Positions 9,591-19,677 of a stretch of DNA of 64,000 bases are shown piece by piece. The stretch spans positions 384,001 to 448,000 of the forward strand of contig JBILLK010000004.1 in the NCBI GenBank assembly GCA_044376115.1. Direction: 5' to 3'. The notes below the pieces were generated by a model that saw only the letters and a list, made by a program, of their open reading frames with translations, ran no database searches and was not told where the DNA came from. Numbering within the stretch: position 1 is the stretch's first letter; every line of letters begins with the position of its first letter. This stretch comes from Polyangiaceae bacterium. GTDB lineage: Bacteria > Myxococcota_A > Polyangia > Polyangiales > Polyangiaceae. A program made the position numbers and the translations under genes.

Positions 9591-10535
9591 TCACCACTTC
9601 CCCGATAGGCCAATAAAGCCCGGCCCGACGATCGGAGCCAAGGCGACCTCATTCGATGGTTCACCGCTGAGCAGCCCCGCGAGCAACAGCCCGCCGCCGG
9701 CGAGCGCCAAGCCGCCACCCACATAAAACGAGACCGTGGATACCGTGCGCAGCGTGGTCAGGTCCGAAACGTCCGCCACCGCGCATATCCCGTCGTCATT
9801 GCAGCCGTAGTCGTCCGCCTTGCTCATCGCCGCTAGGCCGGTGGCGCCCCACACGATGAGCCCAGCGCCGCCAGCGCTGGCAACGACTGCACCGACGACG
9901 GTGAGCACGTTGGGGCCCGTCTCCTGCGAGCCCGCCGCTTCGGGCGACTTCGTAAAGTCGAAGCGAACTCGCTCTTTCGCCCCAACCGCGAGGGTGACGC
10001 TCTGCGAGCGCGTGGCGCCGGCATAGGTCGCGGTCACGTTATGCTCACCGGGGTTGAGCTGAATCGCGCCGAGCGCGATCTCTACCTCACGCCCATCAAT
10101 GCTCAGCTTCACCGTCTTGCGTTGGTCTGCGCTAATTCCAACGAACTCGAGTTCGACCGAGGGGATGCGGGGTAAAAGCTTCTCGAGTTCGGTCTGAGCG
10201 TCCAGCTTCGATTGTTGCCAAACCTCAGGCGAGTTGGGTGCGAGTGGAATGGCCGTTACCTGGGTGAAGCGCGCTTGCGCCTCGAGCAAACGGCCGAGCC
10301 TCGCGAGCGCACGGCCCGCATAAAGACCGAGCGGTGGGATGCGCGCCTTGCGATCCGCCTCGTCGAGCTTCACCAGCGCGGCTTCGTATTCCTCTTTGTC
10401 GAACAAGGCCAAGCCCTGTTGACCGAGCAGCTTGGCCTGCGCCAGCTCTTCTTCCGACTGCGCGACGGCAACGCTCGGACTCAGCGCCAACAGCGCAACC
10501 GTACAAATACGAACGAAAGAAGGCCGAAAAAGCAT
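9591..10535 (-). CDS. TPR + PEGA-like domain secreted/membrane protein
   Basis: Signal peptide, N-terminal TPR, IDGRE...LNPGEHNV PEGA-like region, C-terminal hydrophobic helices ending GLSGKW. Confidence 0.8.
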   Translation of the reverse strand: MLFRPSFVRICTVALLALSPSVAVAQSEEELAQAKLLGQQGLALFDKEEYEAALVKLDEADRKARIPPLGLYAGRALARLGRLLEAQARFTQVTAIPLAPNSPEVWQQSKLDAQTELEKLLPRIPSVELEFVGISADQRKTVKLSIDGREVEIALGAIQLNPGEHNVTATYAGATRSQSVTLAVGAKERVRFDFTKSPEAAGSQETGPNVLTVVGAVVASAGGAGLIVWGATGLAAMSKADDYGCNDDGICAVADVSDLTTLRTVSTVSFYVGGGLALAGGGLLLAGLLSGEPSNEVALAPIVGPGFIGLSGKW

Positions 10536-10538
10536 CGA

Positions 10539-11945
10539 TCAAAGACCTAGGCGAGGGTCGGTGGGACCCATAGGCTTGCTGGTGGGTGGCGGCTTGGCCG
10601 TTGGCTTCGAGGAAGGAAGGACCGGCGCAGCAACAGGCCGAGCCGGTTGCTGAAGGCTCGCGGCGGCGGTAGCGGTTGCTGCCGCGGTCGCAGAGGCCGT
10701 TGCGGGGAGAGGGAGATCTGGGGTCACGCTTGGCGCGGTGGAGAGAGTGACGGTTGGCGCCGCTTCAGTGACTCCCGAACCCTGCCGCTTCTCCGAGGAG
10801 CCCTCTTTCGCGAGCTCGCTCGCTGCGGGTTGGGACGTTGCGTCGCCATTCGACCAAAGGCTGGGAAAGGCCAACAGGCCGCCCGCCAGCGCGAGCACGA
10901 CCGCGCCGCCGATCCCCCCGTAGACCAGCTTGCTGCGCCGTTTTTGTTCGCGCGCGGCCCGGGTCCGGTGGGTCGTAACGGGGGAAACGGTGCCGCGATC
11001 GAGAAGCGATGCAGGGCTCACCTCGACGGCAGAGACCGGCCCAGCGGGGAGCTCGGGGCGAGGACTTTCAACGCCAGCGAGGGCATCGCGCAGCGCATCG
11101 ACCATGGCCCGAGCGGACGGAAAGCGAGCATTGACGTCCCGCGAAGCCGCGCGCGCCCACCAAGCATCAAACGCAGGCGGTAGCCCCGGAGCCACCTGGC
11201 TGGGGATGGGCAGCGGGCGCGAACAGATCGAAAGGATCATGTCGCCGAGGTTCGTCGAGAGGAACGGCAGCGAACCGGTCAAGCACTCGAAGGCAATCAC
11301 CGCCATCGACCAAAGATCCGAGCGATGGTCGAGCGGCGCGCCGGTGGCTTGCTCCGGGCTCATATAGCAGGGCGTTCCGAGCAGCTGCCCCGTACTGGTC
11401 GCCTTCAAGCCAATATCGAGTGACGAGCGGGTCAACTTGGCGATCCCGAAGTCGAGCACCTTGGCGATTTCGTCGTCTTCATTGCGCACGATGAAGATGT
11501 TGTCGGGCTTGAGGTCACGGTGGATGATCCCCGCTTCGTGCGCGCGCGTCATTGCACGGGCCACGTGACTCATGAACTTCACGGTCTCGGTCGCTGAGAT
11601 GTTGCCAACGCGCTCGAGCCGCGCTCCGAGCGTCTCGCCTTGCAGCAACTCCATTGCGATGTAGGGGATTCCGCGGTCGAGACCGTGATCGGTCACCTGC
11701 ACCACGTGCGGGCTCTGCAGCTGGGCAGAGGCCTGGGCCTCGCGCTCGAAGCGAGCAAACAGCTCCTCCCGAGCGGCGCCTATGTCGAGCAGCGCCGGGT
11801 CGATCAGCTTGAGCGCAAACAGCGAGCGCAGCGAGAGGTGTTCGGCCTTCCAGACCTCTCCCATCGCGCCGTTACCGAGCCGAGCAAGCAACCTGTAGCG
11901 CTCGGCCACAACGGTGCCTTCAGCAAAGCTCGTGCTGGTCCCCAT
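10539..11945 (-). CDS. Hanks-type Ser/Thr protein kinase, membrane anchored
   Basis: LGNGAMGEVW, ALK, HRDLKPDN, DFG, GTPCYMSPEQ, DLWS; TM then Pro/Ala/Thr-rich tail. Confidence 0.96.
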   Translation of the reverse strand: MGTSTSFAEGTVVAERYRLLARLGNGAMGEVWKAEHLSLRSLFALKLIDPALLDIGAAREELFARFEREAQASAQLQSPHVVQVTDHGLDRGIPYIAMELLQGETLGARLERVGNISATETVKFMSHVARAMTRAHEAGIIHRDLKPDNIFIVRNEDDEIAKVLDFGIAKLTRSSLDIGLKATSTGQLLGTPCYMSPEQATGAPLDHRSDLWSMAVIAFECLTGSLPFLSTNLGDMILSICSRPLPIPSQVAPGLPPAFDAWWARAASRDVNARFPSARAMVDALRDALAGVESPRPELPAGPVSAVEVSPASLLDRGTVSPVTTHRTRAAREQKRRSKLVYGGIGGAVVLALAGGLLAFPSLWSNGDATSQPAASELAKEGSSEKRQGSGVTEAAPTVTLSTAPSVTPDLPLPATASATAAATATAAASLQQPARPVAAPVLPSSKPTAKPPPTSKPMGPTDPRLGL

Positions 11946-12015
11946 CGAAAGTAGGCTCAGGCTAGCACGGAGCTGGAGGCTTTGCTGGCATGGGCGGATT
12001 CGGGCTCGCCCAAGC

Positions 12016-12990
12016 TCAGAGCAGGCCCGACAGCGAAAGGCCCGCCGTACCTGGGCCGGGTCCGAGTTGCACAGGGCTCTCCGTGCGGACGCGCCCTCCG
12101 AGATCGAAGCGCGTCCAATACGCAATGTTCGACCAAAACAGCCCGATGCCCATCCCGGCGAGGACGTCGGTTGCGTGATGGTGATGGTCTTCGACTCGGC
12201 TCACGCCAATCCAGGTTGCCGCGCCCAAGATCGCGAGGTTCGTCAAGCCGGCGAGCGGAGCGGACACCTCGCTACCCCGCGCGCCCCAAATGAATCGGCC
12301 ACCGAGCGCCAACGCTGAGTAGCCCGCAGCCGAAAAGGCGATCGCCGTGTGACCCGACGGGAAGCTGATTTGCCCATCGAGAAAGGCGGTGGTCTCGGCC
12401 TCGCTGCAGGCCTCTCCATCTGGGTCCTTGGCGCAAGCCCGTTCATACGCTGCCACGCGTCCAAGGAAGTCCGGCCGCAAGCGACCAAACGCGCGCTTGA
12501 GCGACTCCGAGGTAAAGAGGCTGAAGCTGACGCTCTGCCCAGCCCCAGCGATGATCTCGAAGGTCTCACGCCAATCGCCATTGCTGAAGCCGTCGAACAA
12601 ACCGACCCCGATCGGCAGCTGAACCGTGAGCAGCGCCGCGACACCGGCGGCCCAGGAAGGGACGGTCGTTTCGGCGAGCCGCGGCAAACGAATCGAGCTC
12701 GCGTCACCGCGCACAGAGCCTGTTTCGCGGTCGTAGCCGGGCCCAAGCGGTGGGCTCGTGTTGGGTGGGAACGCTTGGAACACGAGGCTTGCGAGCGCAA
12801 AGCTGGCGCTCTCTGCGAGGTCGAGTCCATCGGCTGGTTCAAACGTGAAATCGCTGCTGGCCGTCGAAGTCGCAGGGGCGAGCTCATCGGCTCGAGCGTG
12901 GGGCGCCCAAACAAACGCCGCGCTCGCAAGCCCAAGGCCTGTTCGCCGTCCCCAGCGAGCGCACGCGAACGGCCCTTTTGGTGACTTCAT
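12016..12990 (-). CDS. PAP2 family phosphatase
   Basis: KRAFGRLRP, FPSGH and SRVEDHHHHATD motifs. Confidence 0.92.
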   Translation of the reverse strand: MKSPKGPFACARWGRRTGLGLASAAFVWAPHARADELAPATSTASSDFTFEPADGLDLAESASFALASLVFQAFPPNTSPPLGPGYDRETGSVRGDASSIRLPRLAETTVPSWAAGVAALLTVQLPIGVGLFDGFSNGDWRETFEIIAGAGQSVSFSLFTSESLKRAFGRLRPDFLGRVAAYERACAKDPDGEACSEAETTAFLDGQISFPSGHTAIAFSAAGYSALALGGRFIWGARGSEVSAPLAGLTNLAILGAATWIGVSRVEDHHHHATDVLAGMGIGLFWSNIAYWTRFDLGGRVRTESPVQLGPGPGTAGLSLSGLL

Positions 12991-13024
12991 TTTCTTCTCA
13001 CGAGAGAACTGCCATCCTGGCCGG

Positions 13025-14206
13025 ATGTCGTTTTCTGAGCAAGCGCTACCGGGTCTCTTCACAGCGTCCGCACTGTTGCTCGCAGCGATCGGTTGCGGTG
13101 GTGCCACAAATGAGCCCGCCCTTGTGCCTGTTACGACGTTGCCCACCATGGCCGCAGCGGCCTGCGACAGCAACGCTGAGACCTCGAGCGTCTACGTCGT
13201 CGGCTTGCCCAGTCAACAACGCACCGAACTCGAGCTCGCCTTGGATGCAAAAGACCTAACGGTGGTGTCCTTCTCTTGCAACAAGTTGACGCTGCTCAAG
13301 CGCTGCAAAGCCTCGGGCAATTACAACTTTCGCGGCGCCCGCCCCAAGCAATCGGTGCTCTACCTCGAGACGGCGGAGCAGATCCGCGCGGCGCTCCCGC
13401 TCGGCGCTGATGAGCTGGTGAACGGCTTCCAAAGCAAGGCCGCCAGCAAGAGCAAACTCGATCTCGGCTTGGCCATCGTCGGTGAGCAGCTGAGCCCCTC
13501 GTCCTCCTTCACGCAGAAGGAACTTCAGGGCGAGTGCGCCGGCGCGACGCACGTCGTGGTCGGAGCAACGCGGGGCGCCTTCGCCATCGCGACCAGTGAG
13601 GTCAATACGCCGCGAACGGTCGAGCAGATCTTCCAGGCGGGCATCTCCAATGCGGCGCCACAAGCCGGCGGCACCCTCAAAAGCTGCAACTCGGCGGCCG
13701 ACGGCTCGATCCGGCCGCCCCAAGAATGCCAAGCGGTGTTGGGCCTCGAGCTCGCCAAGATTGGCGCCGGGCTCGGCGAGCTGGAGGTCGATGTGACGTT
13801 TGGGCTCTTGTACGAAGACGACGCTTGCGAGGTGCCTCGCGATTGCCAACGGCGCTGCGACGAGAACGAGGGCAAAGCCTGTCGCATGTTGGGCATCAGT
13901 GAGATCCTCGGCAAAGACATGGACGTCAGCATCCCGCAGGGCCTGCGGCACCTGATGCGGTCGTGCGATCTCGGAGATCCACGCGGCTGTTCGGCGCTCT
14001 CCGGCATGCTCCTCTTTGCCAATCGCTACGCAGAGGGTATTCCCTTCGCCGAGAAGGCTTGTGCCATCTCCAACGATGCGGATGGTTGCTTCAACCTCGG
14101 GCTGATGACCGAGACCTCCGACCCGGCTATGGCTAAAAAAGCCTACAAACGCGCTTGCGAAGGCGAGATCAAGATCGCCTGCAAGAAGGTACAGGAGATG
14201 GACTGA
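13025..14206 (+). CDS. Lipoprotein with C-terminal Cys-containing Sel1-like repeats
   Basis: Lipobox AIGC; repeats such as RSCDLGDPRGCSAL and KACAISNDADGCFNLG. Confidence 0.75.
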   Translation: MSFSEQALPGLFTASALLLAAIGCGGATNEPALVPVTTLPTMAAAACDSNAETSSVYVVGLPSQQRTELELALDAKDLTVVSFSCNKLTLLKRCKASGNYNFRGARPKQSVLYLETAEQIRAALPLGADELVNGFQSKAASKSKLDLGLAIVGEQLSPSSSFTQKELQGECAGATHVVVGATRGAFAIATSEVNTPRTVEQIFQAGISNAAPQAGGTLKSCNSAADGSIRPPQECQAVLGLELAKIGAGLGELEVDVTFGLLYEDDACEVPRDCQRRCDENEGKACRMLGISEILGKDMDVSIPQGLRHLMRSCDLGDPRGCSALSGMLLFANRYAEGIPFAEKACAISNDADGCFNLGLMTETSDPAMAKKAYKRACEGEIKIACKKVQEMD

Positions 14207-14231
14207 GTTCGCGTCGGCAGCGTGCGCAAGG

Positions 14232-17200
14232 CTACGGCAGAGCCGGGCCCTTGCCACGCAGGAGCTCCACCAGCTCCTCGGCCCCAAGCCCTGCGGGCGC
14301 TCGCTCTCCCAACAGCACCTTGCTTACCAGCGCCCGCTTCTGCGCATGCAGGCTCAGCATCTGCTCTTCGATCGTCCCGAGCGAGATCAGTCGATAGATG
14401 GTTACCGGCTTGGTTTGACCGGGCCGATGCGCGCGGTCGGCCGCTTGGTCCTCGACCGCTGGGTTCCACCATGGGTCGAGCAAGATCACGTTGGACGCGG
14501 CGGTTAGATTGAGGCCCACTCCGCCGGCTTTGAGCGAGATCAGAAAGAGCGGCGCTGAGCCTTCTTGAAACGCGCGCACCAGCTCACCGCGAGCCTTCGC
14601 GGGCGTTGCACCATCGAGATAAAGGTACTCGAGGCCGCTGCGTTCGAGGGCCTCACGCACCAGCGCCAAATGCGAAGTAAACTGACTAAATATCAATGCA
14701 CGCTGGCCCTCGGCGCGCAGCTCAGCCACCAGCCGTAACAGCCGTTCGAGCTTGGAGGAGACCACCAAGGAGCGCTCGTCGTACAGGCGTGGGTGCGAGG
14801 CCAAGAGGCGCAAACGGGTCAGCGCCGCCAACACTTCTACCCGGCGCTCTTGTTCGCGCATTTTCGACTTGCGCGTCTCCAGGTCGGAGAGCGCTGCCAA
14901 ACGGGCGTCTTCATACAGCTGCCACTCGCTCGTCGACAACGTCACCGGCACGCTGATCTCGGTGCGCGCCGGCAACTCTGCTTCAACCTCGAGCTTGGTG
15001 CGGCGCAAGAGGAAGGGCACGATCACCCGGCCCAGCGCCGGTGCAGCCTCGGGATCGAGCTGCTTCTCGATCGGAGCGGCGAAGCGCCGTCGAAAGCTCT
15101 CCCAACTGCCGAGCAGCTGCGGGTAGACCAAGTGAAACAGGCTCCACAGCTCGCCGAGGTGGTTCTCCATCGGCGTGCCGGAGAGGGCCACGCTGAACTC
15201 GGCCTTCAGCCCTTTGGCCGCGCGAAAGCGTTGACTCGTCGCGTTCTTGAGGTTCTGCGCCTCATCGAAGATCGCCGTGGCGAAAGCGACCTTCGCAAAG
15301 GCTTCGCGATCACGCAGCAAGAGCGCATAGCTGACGAGCACCACGTCGCCCGGCCCGACTGTGGAGAGCAGCTCGGCGCGCTCGCGCCGCGCACCGCCTG
15401 CCGCTGGCTCTGCGCCGTATTGGCGCAGCGTAAGGCCCGGCGCAAAACGCTTCGCCTCGGCTCGCCAATTGAAGGCGACCGAGGTCGGGACCACCACCAG
15501 CGCCGGCCCTCGTTGGCTGCGCTGGAGCAAGAGCGCGAGCGCCTGCACCGTCTTTCCGAGGCCCATGTCGTCGGCCAAGATCGCGCCGGCGGCGGACTCG
15601 GCGAGCCGCACGAGCCAGCGGTAACCTTCGACCTGATAGCTGCGCAGCTCGCTCGTGAGGCCGCTCGGAACGGCCGGGACGAGCGCCATGGCGGCGGCCT
15701 TGCGGTCCTCGAGCTGACAGAACGCAGCGTCGCGGTCGAGCTGGGCGCCCGCGCGTTCGAGCGCGTGGAGAGCGCTACTCGCCGAAGGGCCGAGCTCGAG
15801 CTGCTCGCCCACCGGCCTCACGTGGTCGGCGAGCTGTACGAGGTGGTTGCGCAGCGCCTCCTCCAATTCGAGATAACCGCGGCCGTCCAATTCGACGTAA
15901 CGCTCGCGGCGTCGGACCGCGTCGAGCAGCCGCCCTAGCTCCACCCGTTCGCCCTCGACCGAGAGCCCACCGAGCACGCCGAACCACTCGCTGCGGCGCT
16001 TCACCGCCACCCGCAACATCGCGCTGCGCGCCGTCCCGAGCACCAGCAGCGGCAAGCCCTGCCATTCGACCTCGGGCGGCGGGCGGCGCTCGGCGCAAAC
16101 GGCGAGCAGCTGCAGCGCGCCCTGCGCGCTCGGATAACGGTATTGAAACGGCAGGTCTTCCAGGGCCTCGGCCGTCGCCAGGGGTAGCTCGGCGATCAGC
16201 TGCTTGGTGGCTGCGAGCTCCTGGCCGAAATCGCGCACCACGTGAACCGCCTTGTCCCCTCGCCGCAGGTGCAAATCGCGGACGCCGCGGCCGGGAACCA
16301 CGCTTGGTCCCGCGTCGAGCGGCCGCACCAACACCTCGACATGAACGGCGCCGTTGGCCTGCGCGGCGAGCCGCAACACCGGCGCAGTCGTGGGCAAAGC
16401 GGCCTCCCCGAGCACGCTGCGCGGCATCGCCACCGGCACCTCACGCGCCCAGCTCGAGAGCGACGCGAGCAGCGCCGTTTGCGCTTCGGCCGGGAACAGG
16501 TCCCCTTGTTGCACCAGCACCTGCAACGCCGATGCGACAGCGGGCTTTGCGTCCAAGAGCGAGAGGCGCGCCCCATCGAACAGGAACAACAGGTCGCCGG
16601 GTTTGGCCCGCGCGATGCGTTGACACAAGCTCGTCGGCAACGCGGTTCCATCGACGCCGGCGGTGAGCCGCAGCGCACCGTTGCGCTCTTCCGCTACGAG
16701 CCCGACCGCCGCGCGGTCGATGCGCGCGGACTGGTCGGGCGCCGAGGCGAGCACCAGCTGCGGATGGCCGATCAGCGACTCGAGCAACGCTCGCGATGCA
16801 GGCGCACTGGCGTCGGTCAGCAGCGCAACGATCGCGCGATCGCCCGCTGATAGCTCGGCGGAGTAACGCTCGAGCAGCTGCTTGCGCGAGACCGCGCTGG
16901 GCGTGAGCTCTTTGCCGTGTTTGTCCTGCTTATGCAGCCACGCTTCGATCCGCACCTCGTCCAAAAGGACGCCCAAGCGAAAGCGCAGATCCAGCGCGGG
17001 TCGCGCTCGCGCGCTCTGCATCGCCTGCCCGAGCGCTTGCAGCGTCCGTTCCCAGGGGGCTTTGGTCAACTCGCTCACTTGCTCGAGGAAGCGATTGTTC
17101 GGCGCTTGTTTCAGCCACACGAGCGCGGTGTCGATCGCCGCCAGCTGATGGATGCAACGCTGGGCGCGGCAACCGCATTCGCTGCGTGGATTGGGCCCGA

Positions 17201-17750
17201 GCGTGAGCACGACCTCTGGCCGCAAAAAGTTCCCCGCCGAACGCGGCAAGGCGAACCAAGCGTTGGGCTCGACGAAGCGAAAGCCCGGTAGGGCGGCCTC
17301 AACGCGCAAGGCGGTGAGCGGCAGTTGGCTTTGTGGGCGTGCGGGCAGCGGCTCTTGGCGCGCTCGAAGTTGCAACAGTTGGGCGTGAAGCGGCGCCGCG
17401 CGCGCTTCACTCGGAGGGCGCAGGCGCGCGCTGAGTTCGCCCTGCGCCGTGTGCGCAGCCTCCTGCTCCTGCGCGAAGAAACGCCACACTATCGGCGCCA
17501 GCAGCTGTTTGAAACGTGGGCCCAAGGTCGAGGTGCTCAGCGTCTCTTCGCTCATCAGCTCGCTCAGGCGGCGACCGATGCTGGCCGCGCGTAGCTGTGG
17601 CCAGAGCGCAGGCGAAAGCTCGACCGCGACGGCTTCGAGCGGAAGACGGCCGAGATGCGCGAGGTCATGCTCGAGGAGCCACTGCTCGAGCTCAGCGCTG
17701 GTTCGATGGGGCGGCGTTTGCGTTGCTGCAGCCGACTCAGACGTGGTCAC
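14232..17750 (-). CDS. SNF2-family (SWIM-SNF2) helicase/ATPase
   Basis: SWIM CGC...CIH; LADDMGLGKT, DEAQ, SGTPMEN, FSQF, SLKAGGVGLNL, QAADRAHR. Confidence 0.95.
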   Translation of the reverse strand: MTTSESAAATQTPPHRTSAELEQWLLEHDLAHLGRLPLEAVAVELSPALWPQLRAASIGRRLSELMSEETLSTSTLGPRFKQLLAPIVWRFFAQEQEAAHTAQGELSARLRPPSEARAAPLHAQLLQLRARQEPLPARPQSQLPLTALRVEAALPGFRFVEPNAWFALPRSAGNFLRPEVVLTLGPNPRSECGCRAQRCIHQLAAIDTALVWLKQAPNNRFLEQVSELTKAPWERTLQALGQAMQSARARPALDLRFRLGVLLDEVRIEAWLHKQDKHGKELTPSAVSRKQLLERYSAELSAGDRAIVALLTDASAPASRALLESLIGHPQLVLASAPDQSARIDRAAVGLVAEERNGALRLTAGVDGTALPTSLCQRIARAKPGDLLFLFDGARLSLLDAKPAVASALQVLVQQGDLFPAEAQTALLASLSSWAREVPVAMPRSVLGEAALPTTAPVLRLAAQANGAVHVEVLVRPLDAGPSVVPGRGVRDLHLRRGDKAVHVVRDFGQELAATKQLIAELPLATAEALEDLPFQYRYPSAQGALQLLAVCAERRPPPEVEWQGLPLLVLGTARSAMLRVAVKRRSEWFGVLGGLSVEGERVELGRLLDAVRRRERYVELDGRGYLELEEALRNHLVQLADHVRPVGEQLELGPSASSALHALERAGAQLDRDAAFCQLEDRKAAAMALVPAVPSGLTSELRSYQVEGYRWLVRLAESAAGAILADDMGLGKTVQALALLLQRSQRGPALVVVPTSVAFNWRAEAKRFAPGLTLRQYGAEPAAGGARRERAELLSTVGPGDVVLVSYALLLRDREAFAKVAFATAIFDEAQNLKNATSQRFRAAKGLKAEFSVALSGTPMENHLGELWSLFHLVYPQLLGSWESFRRRFAAPIEKQLDPEAAPALGRVIVPFLLRRTKLEVEAELPARTEISVPVTLSTSEWQLYEDARLAALSDLETRKSKMREQERRVEVLAALTRLRLLASHPRLYDERSLVVSSKLERLLRLVAELRAEGQRALIFSQFTSHLALVREALERSGLEYLYLDGATPAKARGELVRAFQEGSAPLFLISLKAGGVGLNLTAASNVILLDPWWNPAVEDQAADRAHRPGQTKPVTIYRLISLGTIEEQMLSLHAQKRALVSKVLLGERAPAGLGAEELVELLRGKGPALP

Positions 17751-19540
17751 AGTCCACGCCGCTTGAGGTTCTCGCAGGCGAGCTCATCGTTCAACTCGCA
17801 GGCCCGACGATAAAGCTCGACCGCGCGACTTTGGCTGGCTGCGCCGGGGTCTGCGGAGACGAGCACCGCCAGGTTGGTGCAGGCCTTCCCGTCCCCGCCG
17901 CTGCAGGCGCGCTCGTAGTACAAGGTCGCTTTTTTGAGGTCCTTCGGCAGCTCGGTGCCGCTTTGGTGAAGCAAGCCGAGCGCGTAACAAAAGCTGAACT
18001 CCTTCGCCTCGCAGGCCTGCTCGTAGAGCTTGACGGCGCGCGGTAAGTCTTTGGCGACGCCTCGTCCGAGACCGTACAAAACACCGAGATTCCCGCAGCC
18101 AACGGCCGAGCCTTTGTCACAAGCGTCGGTCAGCAGATCGCGCGCCCAGGTCACCTCCTCTGGCTTCGGCTCTGCGGCCAAAAGCACGAGCGCCTCTTGC
18201 ACACAGCCGAAGGTGCTGCCCAAGTCACAGCCTTGCTCATAGAACGAGAGCGCCTGCTCTCGGCTCCGCGCGACCCCGGTGCCTTTGAGATGATGGGCCC
18301 CCAAATCGACGCAGCTCGAAGCATGCCCGCGCGCGCAAGAATGCGCGAGGCAAGCGTTGCCGCGCGCGGCGGCGGCATCGAAGTCCGCGCCATCGAGCCC
18401 GGGCGCGTCGAGCTGAAGCCGACCGAACATCCAGCAGCCAAGCGGTTCGCCCTCGACACAAGCAGCGCGACTGAGGGCGTTGGCGCGGCTCACATCGGGC
18501 GGCGGCTCACTGATCAGCGAGCCGGCTAGATTGGCGCACGCAAGCGGCAGGCCGTCATCACAGAGTCGCTCCAAGCGGCGCTGCCCAGCGACGGCGTCAC
18601 GCGCGATCCCCGCGCCGTTGATTTGCCGCACCGCCAACTCGGTGCAGGCCTCATGATTACCAGCCGCGCACGCCGACTCAAACAGCGTCAGGGCCCGTGC
18701 GACATTGAGCTTGGTGCCTAGGCCGTTGGCCAACATCACCGCCAGGCTCTTGCAGCCGAGCGGCTCTTTGCCGTCACAAGCGCGCGTGTAGAGCGCCACC
18801 GAGGTCGGCGGCTCCAAGGCCACGCCGTCGCCGACTTCGTGCAAGTTACCCAGCAAAACGCAGCCCACGAGCGACTGCCGATCACAAGCCTGTTTGGCGA
18901 GCTCCGCGGCCCGTTTGAGCTGGGCTTCGTTCGCCTGCGGGGCATCCGCAAGCAAGCGCGCGAGCTTCACGCAAGCGGCGTCGCGCCCCGCCTTGCAAGC
19001 CTGCTGCAATGGAGCCTCCGCTGCCGCACGCGCCGCTGGGTCTTTTCCCCACGCAGCCTGCAGCTCGCCCAACGTCTCGCAGGCTTGCGCCTCCCCACTC
19101 GCACAACGCGGTCGCAGCAACGCGAGCCCAGCCTCCGCCGAGGCCGGGACGCCGCAGCCGAGCGTGAGCAAGCGCGCTTGGCTTTCACAGGCCTGGCCAG
19201 CGCCTGCTGCACAAGTCTCCTGCACCTTACGAAAGAACGTCTGCTGCTCCTCGGGTTCTCCGCCGGCGAGCGCCACACATTGCGCCGCCATCGCCCGTGA
19301 ACGCAGCACCACCGAGGGCGGCTTGGCGCCGTCATCAGCGAGGCAAAGCTCGAGCGCTGAAGGCGCGGGCGTCGAGCTTGGAGCCGCGCTACTGCTCGTC
19401 GCTGGGTGCCCCGAAGCCGCGCTGGGCGTCGAAGAACCAGGCCCCAACCCACTCGGCTCCGAAGACCTGGGCACCGCTCCCGAACTCGACCCCTCACAGG
19501 CCGCAACCAGCAGCAGCAGCAGCGTGCCTGCAACCCTCAT
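17747..19540 (-). CDS. Sel1-like (Hcp-type, Cys-paired) repeat lipoprotein
   Basis: MRVAGTLLLLLVAAC lipobox; many ACDxG...GCxxLG...GxG repeats. Confidence 0.88.
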   Translation of the reverse strand: MRVAGTLLLLLVAACEGSSSGAVPRSSEPSGLGPGSSTPSAASGHPATSSSAAPSSTPAPSALELCLADDGAKPPSVVLRSRAMAAQCVALAGGEPEEQQTFFRKVQETCAAGAGQACESQARLLTLGCGVPASAEAGLALLRPRCASGEAQACETLGELQAAWGKDPAARAAAEAPLQQACKAGRDAACVKLARLLADAPQANEAQLKRAAELAKQACDRQSLVGCVLLGNLHEVGDGVALEPPTSVALYTRACDGKEPLGCKSLAVMLANGLGTKLNVARALTLFESACAAGNHEACTELAVRQINGAGIARDAVAGQRRLERLCDDGLPLACANLAGSLISEPPPDVSRANALSRAACVEGEPLGCWMFGRLQLDAPGLDGADFDAAAARGNACLAHSCARGHASSCVDLGAHHLKGTGVARSREQALSFYEQGCDLGSTFGCVQEALVLLAAEPKPEEVTWARDLLTDACDKGSAVGCGNLGVLYGLGRGVAKDLPRAVKLYEQACEAKEFSFCYALGLLHQSGTELPKDLKKATLYYERACSGGDGKACTNLAVLVSADPGAASQSRAVELYRRACELNDELACENLKRRGL

Positions 19541-19677
19541 CGACATTCGCTCCCCTACCACCACGCTCCCTTCGCGAGAACGACCGGCACACGGCACTTC
19601 GGCGCCCGACCTGAACGGCCACCAAGGTGCCGGTCTTGAGCCCAAGGCAGGACCGCCTCGAAGGCTCGGTCGCCCGC

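Noticed and set aside
14232..17750. SNF2 gene as part of an anti-phage system (DISARM/Zorya/BREX-like)
   Set aside because: SWIM-SNF2 architecture with no methylase, nuclease or other defence partners nearby
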